Of a stretch of 27,308 nt of DNA, positions 9,005 through 16,625 are shown piece after piece. Both the position numbers and the translations under genes were made by a program. The notes under the pieces were generated by a model. The model did no database searches. It saw nothing but the letters and a program-made list of their open reading frames with translations, and had not been told where the DNA came from. Position 1 is the first letter of the stretch. The number at the start of each line of letters is the position of its first letter. The DNA is from an uncultured Caldilineaceae bacterium (GTDB lineage: Bacteria; Chloroflexota; Anaerolineae; Caldilineales; Caldilineaceae). The DNA is taken from assembly GCA_964541665.1 (NCBI GenBank), contig CAZIRP010000079.1, positions 1 to 27,308 on the forward strand. Direction: 5' to 3'.

Positions 9005-10045
9005 ATGCAGGCCGAACTGGATACACACGCCACGTTGGAAATTTTGGAACAGGCCACCGGGGTGGTGATGCCCGTCTATTTTCATGCCGAGAGCGACCCC
9101 GCGTTCGCCACGCAATTGCTGCGCGCGACGGTGCGCATGTTTGTGCGTGAAGTGGCCGACCCGCAGATGATCTGCCTGAGCGTGGATGGTGGCGGCTTGT
9201 CGCAGCAAATAGCGCAAGCCGTGGCCCAGGAATATGGCACCCGCCTGGTCCATCGCGCGGTGAATCAGGGGAAACTGGCCAGCGTGCGTGATGGGGTGAG
9301 TGCGCTCCTGGCCGATGAACGCTTACGCTATTTGGCTGTGGTTGATTGTGATGGCGACCATTTCGCCAATGAATTGCTCAACTTTGTGCGCTGCGCCGAG
9401 CAGATCCGCCAGTTGAGTGGGCAGCCGCAGGTGATGGTCTTGGGGGAACGCCGCGTGCCCGCACGCGCATTGGGCTTTTTGCGCGGCGAACAAGAAGAAT
9501 TGGCGGATCGTATTCTGCTGGATGCGCTGCATTATCACGCCGTGCAGAGTGACAAGCCGCTGCCATTGAACTTTGCCACAGTCCTGACCGATGTGCCGGA
9601 TTTTCACTCCGGCTACAAATTTTTTGATCGCCTGACCGCGGCCCAAGTCTTTACGCATCCCCCAGACTTTGCCGGGGGCAGCGCCGATGCCTACTACCGC
9701 CACGCCTGCGAAGCCGTGATGACCGTGGAGGCGCTGCTGAGCGGCGCGCTGCTGGCCACGGTCAACCGCCGCACCTTTGACGAGCAACCAATCTCCAGTT
9801 TTGCCCGGCTGGAACGGGCGCAACTGGCCGCGGATATGATCATCTGGCCCTGTAAGCGGCTGGGCGTTCCTGGCCATTTTGTGGCGCAATGGCTCACCAA
9901 TCATCTGCCGCGGCTGGCTTTGGGCACGTTGGTGCCCCAGGGCCGCGCCGAGTTGATCACAATTCGGCGCCTGGTGCTGCAAGCCTACGATTTACCCCAC
10001 CCTACCGACGACGAGGCAGTGATCATCCGCCCGCGTTTTCTCTAA
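9005..10045 (+). CDS. Hypothetical protein, possibly a GT-A-fold (nucleotide-diphospho-sugar transferase-like) enzyme with a DxD-type motif (VVDCDGDH). The start is placed at the ATG at 9005 rather than the TTG at 8969.
   Basis: There is a pattern similar to GpgS/MpgS-like transferases (beta strand MPVYFHAE, then GKLASVRDG...LAVVDCDGD). The function is weakly supported. Confidence 0.45.
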   Translation: MQAELDTHATLEILEQATGVVMPVYFHAESDPAFATQLLRATVRMFVREVADPQMICLSVDGGGLSQQIAQAVAQEYGTRLVHRAVNQGKLASVRDGVSALLADERLRYLAVVDCDGDHFANELLNFVRCAEQIRQLSGQPQVMVLGERRVPARALGFLRGEQEELADRILLDALHYHAVQSDKPLPLNFATVLTDVPDFHSGYKFFDRLTAAQVFTHPPDFAGGSADAYYRHACEAVMTVEALLSGALLATVNRRTFDEQPISSFARLERAQLAADMIIWPCKRLGVPGHFVAQWLTNHLPRLALGTLVPQGRAELITIRRLVLQAYDLPHPTDDEAVIIRPRFL

Positions 10046-10065
10046 ATTCCAGATAGGATGCAAGT

Positions 10066-10842
10066 ATGCTGAAACGATTTGATCTCACTGGCCGGGTGGC
10101 GCTGGTGACTGGTGCCGGCCGCGGCATTGGTCAAGCCATGGCCCTGACGTTGGCCGAAGCCGGAGCCGACGTGGCAATTGTGTACAACCAAAACTATACG
10201 GCTACGCAGGCCAAAGTCAACGAGCTGGGACGCCGCTTTTTGCCCATTCATTGTGATCTGGTACAGGCCACCCCAGACCAGTTGGCGGCCATTGTCGAGC
10301 AGGTTGTGGGTACGCTGGGCCGGCTCGATATTTTGGTCAACAATGCGGGAATTATTCGCCGGGCTGATGCCATCGATTATTCGGCCCAGGATTGGTCTGA
10401 AACGCTGCATGTCAATTTGGACAGTGTCTTTTACCTGAGCCAGGCCGCGGCGCGGGCAATGGTGGCCCAGCCGGTGGAACAGGGCTTCCGCGGTAAGATC
10501 ATCAATGTGGCTTCAGTGCTGAGCTTTCAGGGAGGGATTCGGGTGCCCGCCTATACCGCGGCCAAACATGCGTTGGCCGGGTTGACGCAGGCATTCGCCA
10601 ACGAATGGGCCGCGCAGGGCATCAATGTCAACGCCATTGCTCCGGGCTACATCGAAACCGATAACACCGAAGCGCTGCGCACGGATCCTGTGCGCAGCCG
10701 CGCCATTCTCGACCGGATTCCAGCCGGACGCTGGGGCGAGCCAGAAGATCTCGCCGGGGTGACGCTCTTCCTGGCCTCGGCTGCGGGCAATTATGTGCAT
10801 GGTACGACCATTGCGGTCGATGGAGGCTGGCTGGCGCGCTAG
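10066..10842 (+). CDS. kduD: 2-dehydro-3-deoxy-D-gluconate 5-dehydrogenase (KduD-type SDR).
   Basis: There is near-colinear similarity to E. coli KduD (GRVALVTGAGRGIGQ, ILVNNAGIIRR, IINVASVLSFQGGIRVPAYTAAK, NVNAIAPGYIETDNT, IPAGRWG, TIAVDGGWLAR). Confidence 0.8.
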   Translation: MLKRFDLTGRVALVTGAGRGIGQAMALTLAEAGADVAIVYNQNYTATQAKVNELGRRFLPIHCDLVQATPDQLAAIVEQVVGTLGRLDILVNNAGIIRRADAIDYSAQDWSETLHVNLDSVFYLSQAAARAMVAQPVEQGFRGKIINVASVLSFQGGIRVPAYTAAKHALAGLTQAFANEWAAQGINVNAIAPGYIETDNTEALRTDPVRSRAILDRIPAGRWGEPEDLAGVTLFLASAAGNYVHGTTIAVDGGWLAR

Positions 10843-10882
10843 GGAAACAAGCAGCGTGAAGCATGATGAGTGAATAGAAGTC

Positions 10883-10953
10883 ATCTCAAAAATCGGTTGT
10901 GGCTCCTATGAACAAAGGAAGCCCAACCAGTGTGGTATAGAGATTTTTGAGAT
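10883..10953. repeat. ~70-bp inverted-repeat hairpin element in the convergent kduD/apbC spacer. It has 12-bp perfect termini ATCTCAAAAATC / GATTTTTGAGAT with inner pairing GGTTG/CAACC.
   Basis: Read directly. It shares the terminal motif ATCTCAAAA(A)TCGGTTGTG with the element at 15471-15538. Confidence 0.6.
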
Positions 10954-11005
10954 AAGTACTAGCAGAGTCACACTTCACTTATCACGCATCACGCTTCATT
11001 TATCC

Positions 11006-12064
11006 CTAAATAATGCGCAGTTCGGGGTCGGGCGTCATGGTCATTACGCTGATGCGGGCGGCGATTTTGCGGGCGAGCCGTCGGAATGCTTGGGCTGTGG
11101 GGCTGTCGGGGGCGGACAAGACCACTGGCGTACCTTCATCGCCCCCGACCCGCACACGCGGATCCAGCTCGACCGAGCCGAGGAACTCAGTGCCGATCAA
11201 CTTGGCCGCTGATTCGCCGCCGCCCTGGCCGAAGATCTCGCCGCTCATGTTTTCCACAACGCCGAGGATGGGCACCTCAAGCTGCTGAAAGGCTTCGGCC
11301 CCGCGCCGGGCATCGGCCACGGAGACGGCCTGCGGCATCGTCACGATGATCCCACCGGTGAGCGGGACACTCTGCGCCAGGCTCAGCTGGGCATCACCCG
11401 TACCCGGCGGCAGGTCGACGATCAGATAATCCAACTCGCTCCAGCGCACATCGGTAAACAACTGCTGGATCGCCTTGTGCAACATGGGGCCACGCCAGAC
11501 CAGCGCCTTGCCATCTGGCACCAGAAAACCCATGCTGATCACCTCGACGCCATGCGCCTGGAAGGGCAGCATCTTGTTCCCGTCCACGCGCGGCTTGCCA
11601 GTGACGCCAAACATCATCGGGATGTTGGGCCCGTAAATGTCGGCATCCAGCACGCCAACTTTGGCCCCTTCGAGCGTGAGACTGACCGCCAGGTTGGTGC
11701 TGACCGTGCTTTTGCCCACGCCCCCCTTGCCACTCGCCACCGCAATAATATTCTTGACCGGAATGTTCAATTTCCCGGCGATGCGGTTGTCGGTGCGTAC
11801 TTGCGCATCAAAGCGAATTTTCACATCCCCCACGCCAGGCACCAATTGCTTGACCGCGGCGATGCTCTCCTGCTCCATCTGCCCGCGCAAGGGGCAAGCC
11901 GGGGTGGTCAGCATGATCGTAAAGCCGACCTGATCCCCCTGAATGGTAATATCGCGGATCATGTTCAAGCTGACGAGATCGTTGTGCAGCTCTGGCTCTT
12001 GCACCGTACTCAACGCTTTGCGAACGGCCTCTTCGGTAATGCCGTTATTCTTTCGTCCAAACAT
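11006..12064 (-). CDS. apbC: Mrp/ApbC/NBP35-family Fe-S cluster carrier ATPase with an N-terminal DUF59 (MIP18-like) domain.
   Basis: The N-terminus carries DUF59. The deviant Walker A is [13 protein letters not shown], and the Mrp signature and CxxC-type region lie downstream. AAGGA lies 9 nt upstream of the ATG. Confidence 0.85.
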   Translation of the reverse strand: MFGRKNNGITEEAVRKALSTVQEPELHNDLVSLNMIRDITIQGDQVGFTIMLTTPACPLRGQMEQESIAAVKQLVPGVGDVKIRFDAQVRTDNRIAGKLNIPVKNIIAVASGKGGVGKSTVSTNLAVSLTLEGAKVGVLDADIYGPNIPMMFGVTGKPRVDGNKMLPFQAHGVEVISMGFLVPDGKALVWRGPMLHKAIQQLFTDVRWSELDYLIVDLPPGTGDAQLSLAQSVPLTGGIIVTMPQAVSVADARRGAEAFQQLEVPILGVVENMSGEIFGQGGGESAAKLIGTEFLGSVELDPRVRVGGDEGTPVVLSAPDSPTAQAFRRLARKIAARISVMTMTPDPELRII

Positions 12065-12111
12065 AATGAGGTTCCTTTATGATCAACGGACAGGCTTTCA
12101 CACGAGCGCTG

Positions 12112-13467
12112 TTAGCGCTGCCAATCCTCTTGTAGTAAAGCAGCCACTTTGTGGCCCATTTCCACGGCGTAATTCGTACCCCGATCCCACGGGTAGACCT
12201 GGCTCATCGAAGCGAAGTAGAGCCCAGGCAACGGCGTGCGCAGGTCGGGAATATGGCGCAAATAGTTGATGCCCGGTACTGGCTGGGCATATTTGGCTCG
12301 GTGGACCCAGGCCCCGGTCACCCAACTGGGTTGGAAAGCTGGGTTAAAGCGGGACAAATGGGGCAAAAATTCGGCCAGTAATTCGTCAACGCTCAAATCA
12401 AAATAGCGATGATCGGGATCCAGATAATTGCCCAGATAGAGCAAATGATCACCGCCATAATGGCGACGGTCGATCATATTTGTATGTTCCACCAAGGCCA
12501 GGTAAGGAATGCCCTCGCGCTTGGGAAGGCTGATCCAATACATGTTGTCGGTCAACTGACGGTCGAGCGCCACAGTCAACACGACCGCGCCCATGCTTTT
12601 CAGGCTGGTTAACTGGCCCAGATAATTGCTCGGCAGGGCAGGCGTTATGCGGCTCATCACCCCCGGGCTGATCGTGCTCAGCACCTGGTCGAAGTAGAGC
12701 GGCGGCTGATCGCCAACCTGCACGGTAAAGCCCCCTTCCGGCTGCGGCTGGATCGCCCGGACCGGCGCATTGGTGGCAATCTGCACCCCTTGCTGACCGA
12801 CTACCCTGGCCAGCGCATCAATAAAGCCCTGAAAGCCACCATCGAAATAGGCCAATTGACTGGTGCGGGCATAGACGCGTGCCCAGAACCAGGCCAGGTT
12901 GACCGATTTGTAGTGCTGGCCAAACTTGCCCTCAAGCTGAAACTCCCAGGCCGCCTCATACGCGGCTGACCCCATCCAGCGCCGCAACCACTCATCGGCC
13001 AGGAGTTGATCGAAGTGCTGCCAGGGCGGCCGCGGATGAAAGCGCAGATACGCGATCACCAGGCCCATGCGCAGCCGGTCGATGAGCGGGATCAGCGGGA
13101 AACGCAACACCCGGGTGATGCTGTCGAGCGGGTAGTTCCTGCCCTGATGGTGGATGGCCGTGTTGGGGCGGTAGCGCTTGAGCGCCGCGCCGAGCCCGAT
13201 CTCTTCCACCAGTGCAAAGATTGCGCGGTCCGACGTGAACAGGTGATGATAATAATGTTCGAGCGGCCATTCCCAGGTCGAGCGGCCTTTGAAACCCGCT
13301 GCCAGGCCCCCCAACTGCGCTCCCCCCTCGAAAATTGTGACCTGAGGAGTGAGCGGCAAGTGGGGCCGAGTTAGATCATAAGCAACTGTCAGGCCCGTTA
13401 CCCCACCGCCGATAATGGCGATGCGAGGTGCGGCGGGGTTGGCAACTGGCTGGAATTGGGTCGTCAA
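12112..13467 (-). CDS. FAD/NAD(P)-binding oxidoreductase of the amine-oxidase / phytoene-desaturase / protoporphyrinogen-oxidase superfamily. It has a TTG start.
   Basis: The N-terminal dinucleotide-binding motif is RIAIIGGGVTGLTVAYDL...FEGGAQLGGL. It is 451 aa. The specific substrate cannot be assigned from sequence. Confidence 0.6.
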   Translation of the reverse strand: MTTQFQPVANPAAPRIAIIGGGVTGLTVAYDLTRPHLPLTPQVTIFEGGAQLGGLAAGFKGRSTWEWPLEHYYHHLFTSDRAIFALVEEIGLGAALKRYRPNTAIHHQGRNYPLDSITRVLRFPLIPLIDRLRMGLVIAYLRFHPRPPWQHFDQLLADEWLRRWMGSAAYEAAWEFQLEGKFGQHYKSVNLAWFWARVYARTSQLAYFDGGFQGFIDALARVVGQQGVQIATNAPVRAIQPQPEGGFTVQVGDQPPLYFDQVLSTISPGVMSRITPALPSNYLGQLTSLKSMGAVVLTVALDRQLTDNMYWISLPKREGIPYLALVEHTNMIDRRHYGGDHLLYLGNYLDPDHRYFDLSVDELLAEFLPHLSRFNPAFQPSWVTGAWVHRAKYAQPVPGINYLRHIPDLRTPLPGLYFASMSQVYPWDRGTNYAVEMGHKVAALLQEDWQR

Positions 13468-13522
13468 GCGTGCGTTCCGTTAGCCTTATGCAGCAACAGG
13501 GCGGATCGATAGTGGTTGTAGA

Positions 13523-13897
13523 TCAAGCCGCTGTCGCCAATGAAAGAATGCCAGGGCGAATACCCTGCTCCAAATGGAGGGTGATGGTCTGCTGCGCTCG
13601 GCGATACAATTCGAGCAATTCGTCATCGCTTCCTTTGTAGGATTGGATCGTCTGGGTCGCGCAGAGAAAACAGCCCCGCAAAAATTTGTAATTGTTGCTG
13701 TTGCAACGCAAACAGCCATTGAGTTCGATCATCATCAACACAAATGCCAGGCTATCGGGGTGGGTTTCGGGCAATGTGCTGATGCGATCCACCAAGGTAC
13801 ACCAATTCTCGCCCCGGAGCTCACGCAAGCTCGAAATCAGATGAGCCGGGAAGAGGAGCTCGGCCTTGGCATGGGTAAATTCATTTAAATCCGACAT
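13523..13897 (-). CDS. Small hypothetical protein with a CxxC-(14)-CxxC zinc-ribbon-like motif (CLRC...CFLC). The start is at the ATG at 13897, giving MSDLNEF...
   Basis: A perfect RBS AAAGGAGG lies 3 nt upstream of the ATG at 13897. The ORF-track start at 13942 is an upstream extension. Confidence 0.6.
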   Translation of the reverse strand: MSDLNEFTHAKAELLFPAHLISSLRELRGENWCTLVDRISTLPETHPDSLAFVLMMIELNGCLRCNSNNYKFLRGCFLCATQTIQSYKGSDDELLELYRRAQQTITLHLEQGIRPGILSLATAA

Positions 13898-13943
13898 AAG
13901 CCTCCTTTTAGCCGCGAGTGTACAGGCTTGCGCAAACCCCAAC

Positions 13944-14411
13944 TCACGAGAGAATAAGCTCTACGTTGGGCACCTTCACCGCAGACCCATTTGAGCCGGC
14001 AGTCAGCAAGTGGTTCAGATTCTGCAGCACAGCCGTCAAATCGCGGCCATGTTCGCTACACGCTTCGCGCAAGGTCATCTCGGGCTCAACGCCACAACTG
14101 CTACAACCGCCCAAGTGCAACTCGGCCAATATTTGCTGGGCTTGCGGGTGCAGTAACTGAGCCTCGCGGATGGTCGTGGTGGGCTCAAACTGGGCCCCGC
14201 CACTGTTCCGTTTGATCTCGACCCGGAGCTCGGCAGTTGTTGCGGCCAATGTCTCTTGCAAGCGGCGGATTTCATCACTGGCATCAAATAATACTCTGTT
14301 ATACCGATCCAGCCGCCGTGCCATCGTGCCCATTTCCTGCTGTAACTTCCAGGCATAAGCCACCGCCACTGCACTGACCAGTAGCGCGATGATGCCAATC
14401 CCAAGAGCCAT
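13944..14411 (-). CDS. Membrane-anchored protein with an N-terminal TM helix, a coiled coil and a C-terminal DUF1858 (ScdA_N-like) domain.
   Basis: The TM helix is MALGIGIIALLVSAVAVAYAW. The C-terminus TIREAQLLHPQAQQILAELHLGGCSSCGVEPEMTLREACSEHGRDLTAVLQNL resembles the N-terminal domain of RIC/ScdA/YtfE. A strong RBS GAGGAGGAG precedes the ATG at 14411. Confidence 0.65.
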   Translation of the reverse strand: MALGIGIIALLVSAVAVAYAWKLQQEMGTMARRLDRYNRVLFDASDEIRRLQETLAATTAELRVEIKRNSGGAQFEPTTTIREAQLLHPQAQQILAELHLGGCSSCGVEPEMTLREACSEHGRDLTAVLQNLNHLLTAGSNGSAVKVPNVELILS

Positions 14412-14540
14412 GACTCTCCTCCTCGTGCAAATTAAGACGTACGCAAGCCTTACCAGGCGTTCTGCTGGCTCAGGATGTGAGTTTTCCTGAACTGCTGCGG
14501 TGCTGCGCAAGTCGTGACAAAGCGAATGTAGAACTCAGCA

Positions 14541-15233
14541 TCAGAGCGTAAATGTTTCACCCGGTTGCAACACCACACAATCGACCGCTGCGGCACGCCG
14601 CAACTTGTCGGCAAAGGCTGCGGTATCCTGGCGGATGGGCGGGAAGGTATTGTAATGGCAAGGGATCACCCGTTTCGCCTGCACAAACTGGGCCGCCACA
14701 ACCGCGTCATCTGGCCCCATGGTGAAGTTATCGCCAATCGGTAAAATGGCAAGATCCACCCCGCCACTCTCGCCGATCAATTTCATGTCGTACGTGAGCG
14801 CGGTGTCGCCGGCAATGTAGAGATCGGTGCCATCGTTAAAGTTGATCAGGAAGCCACCCGGGTTGCCCCCTGGTGTGCCATCGGGCAAGGTGCTGCTGTG
14901 ATGCGCAATGGTCGATTTGACGCGCCCAAAGGGGAAGGTATAGGCCCCACCCAGGTTCATGCCATGCCCGGCCTCGTGCCCTTGCGCCTGGAGCCAACTG
15001 ACAATTTCGAAATTGCTGATCACCAGCGCGCCGGTGCGTTTCGCCAGCGCGACCGCGTCCGCTGTATGATCACCATGGCCGTGGGTGAGCAAAATAAAAT
15101 CCGCGGCAATTTCGTCGACCGGACTCGGGGCCAACGGATTGTTGGGCGCAAAGAAAGGATCGACCACCAATTGATGCTCACCCGTCTTGATGGTAAAGGT
15201 TGAGTGGCCGAAATATTGAATCTGCAATGACAT
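14541..15233 (-). CDS. UPF0173-family metal-dependent hydrolase (metallo-beta-lactamase fold). The start is at the ATG at 15233 (MSLQIQYFGHS...).
   Basis: The HGHGDH motif is present, with similarity to the YtkL/UPF0173 family. AAAGGAGA lies 6 nt upstream of the ATG at 15233. Confidence 0.75.
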   Translation of the reverse strand: MSLQIQYFGHSTFTIKTGEHQLVVDPFFAPNNPLAPSPVDEIAADFILLTHGHGDHTADAVALAKRTGALVISNFEIVSWLQAQGHEAGHGMNLGGAYTFPFGRVKSTIAHHSSTLPDGTPGGNPGGFLINFNDGTDLYIAGDTALTYDMKLIGESGGVDLAILPIGDNFTMGPDDAVVAAQFVQAKRVIPCHYNTFPPIRQDTAAFADKLRRAAAVDCVVLQPGETFTL

Positions 15234-15404
15234 CACGGTCTCCTTTCCTGCCGGTTGGCTCGCGTCTGCCTGCCAATGCGGCACGAGCTTTTTTCGTTGC
15301 CCAGTTTCAAGAGTCGCGCCTTTGGACAGATGCTTATAGCAACTCCGCCTTCACTATAGGACAAGTGACGCAACTTTTCAAGTAATCGTTATGACTGCTG
15401 CATG

Positions 15405-15440
15405 AACAAAAAGCCAGACCCACCTTTGGCAAGTCTGGCT
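15405..15440 (-). terminator. Rho-independent terminator on the minus strand: AGCCAGAC-loop-GTCTGGCT followed by TTTTTGTT. It lies ~240 nt downstream of the nuoI stop.
   Basis: The 8-bp GC-rich stem 15413-15420 / 15433-15440 was read directly, and the A-run 15405-15411 on the plus strand is the U-tail on the minus strand. Confidence 0.55.
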
Positions 15441-15470
15441 CGTCTCATGTTTAGAAAGACCCATATAATG

Positions 15471-15538
15471 ATCTCAAAATGTTTGTGCTCTGTTGGTTGT
15501 GTTAACGGAGCATCCACGCGCACAACCGATTTTGAGAT
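15471..15538. repeat. ~68-bp inverted-repeat hairpin element in the nuoI 3' region. Its termini are ATCTCAAAAT / ATTTTGAGAT and its inner stem is GGTTGTG / CACAACC. It is a second copy of the family seen at 10883-10953.
   Basis: Read directly. The right arm read in reverse complement is ATCTCAAAATCGGTTGTG, essentially identical to the left arm of the element at 10883. Confidence 0.6.
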
Positions 15539-15676
15539 GACTACATGATTTACGCAGCGCTGCGGGCCACGCCGGGAGATACGCTCATCCCCGAACCAGG
15601 CTGTCGCCAGGGCGTACGTAAGTTCTAAGGCACTCAGTGCATCACACAGCGAACCATCGACTTGCCGAGCAACACC

Positions 15677-16501
15677 CTATGCGTCGCCTGCTTTGCGTTT
15701 GCGCGCTGCTTCCGCTGCCTTGCGCTTCAGCTCGTCCAGCCTGGCCTTCCTGGCCGCGGCCTCATCGGTTTCGCTCGCGGGTTCACTGGCCTTAACCTGC
15801 GCACCAGCGTCGCCCTGCTGCACAACTTCTTCGGCAGCAGCTTGCTTGGCCGTTTCGCGATTCCCCTGCGCGCGCTGCGCGGCTTTGGCAGCTCTTTCGG
15901 CCTCGGCGATTGCTTTCGCTTCCGCGTCCTGACGGCGCCGTTCTTCCTCCGCAGCAAATTGTTCAGGCCACAACGCTGCGTAGTATTCCTCGGGAACGGT
16001 CAGCTCTTCCAGGTCGTAGACCAAATGCGGATAGCGGTCATAGACGGCCAGCTCAAAGTCGTGATTCATCTTGATCGCATCAAAGGGGCAGAATTCAACG
16101 CAAAAGCTGCAACTCATGCAGATCGAGACATCGATGAAAAACTCGGCAGGCCGAGCGAGTGGCCGACCATTCGCATCAATATCACGCACGATCCAAATAC
16201 ATTGAGGCGGGCAGACTTTGGCACAAATCCCACAAGCGGTACAGAGATCCTCGTTCTTTTCCGTGCTCCAGATCAGCATCGGAATGTAGCGAAAACGCTC
16301 TGGCAGCAACCGTTTTTCCTCGGGATACTGAATGGTCAGAATCCCTTCTTGCTCGATCGGCTGTTCAATGATGCGCCGTTTTTTGTCGAGAACAATGCTA
16401 TCCTGATAGCGGCTGGGTGTACCCCTGCGGTCATCGCGAAAGGTATCAAGGGCATGTTTGAGCGTAACGCCCATCCCTTTTAATAGTCCGGTTCCGAACA
16501 T
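15677..16501 (-). CDS. nuoI: NADH-quinone oxidoreductase subunit I (NuoI, 2x[4Fe-4S]) with an unusual ~100-aa Lys/Ala/Glu-rich low-complexity C-terminal tail.
   Basis: There are two ferredoxin motifs, CTACGICAKVCP and CMSCSFCVEFCP. The tail is AAEEERRRQDAEAKAIAEAERAAKAAQRAQ...KRKAAEAARKRKAGDA. AGGAG lies 7 nt upstream of the ATG. Confidence 0.85.
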   Translation of the reverse strand: MFGTGLLKGMGVTLKHALDTFRDDRRGTPSRYQDSIVLDKKRRIIEQPIEQEGILTIQYPEEKRLLPERFRYIPMLIWSTEKNEDLCTACGICAKVCPPQCIWIVRDIDANGRPLARPAEFFIDVSICMSCSFCVEFCPFDAIKMNHDFELAVYDRYPHLVYDLEELTVPEEYYAALWPEQFAAEEERRRQDAEAKAIAEAERAAKAAQRAQGNRETAKQAAAEEVVQQGDAGAQVKASEPASETDEAAARKARLDELKRKAAEAARKRKAGDA

Positions 16502-16518
16502 GATTCCACTCCTGCTTA

Positions 16519-16625
16519 CTTGGCAATTGTCAACGTGTATTTGTCATTGCCAATAAGCCCACTTGGCGTCAGCCGATTCACAATCGAGCGTTGACCATTG
16601 ACCCTTGACAATTGACGCTTGACAA
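16519..16625. promoter_or_regulatory. The nuoCD-nuoI intergenic spacer contains an 8-bp inverted repeat TTGGCAAT...ATTGCCAA (16519-16552) and five tandem 7-bp repeats TTGACCA TTGACCC TTGACAA TTGACGC TTGACAA (16591-16625). The repeats abut the nuoCD stop codon.
   Basis: Read directly; the heptad periodicity is exact (16591, 16598, 16605, 16612, 16619). Confidence 0.5.

Noticed and set aside
11477-12082. 201-aa plus-strand ORF, along with similar antisense ORFs (3550..4494, 2426..3070, 17883..18455, 18495..19256 and others)
   Set aside because: All lie opposite strongly supported genes (apbC, uvrA-like, nuoCD, nuoB) and lack start-site signals. They are high-GC antisense artefacts.
15662-16483. 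273-aa plus-strand ORF
   Set aside because: It is exactly antisense to nuoI. It has no RBS and a compositionally odd translation, so it is spurious.
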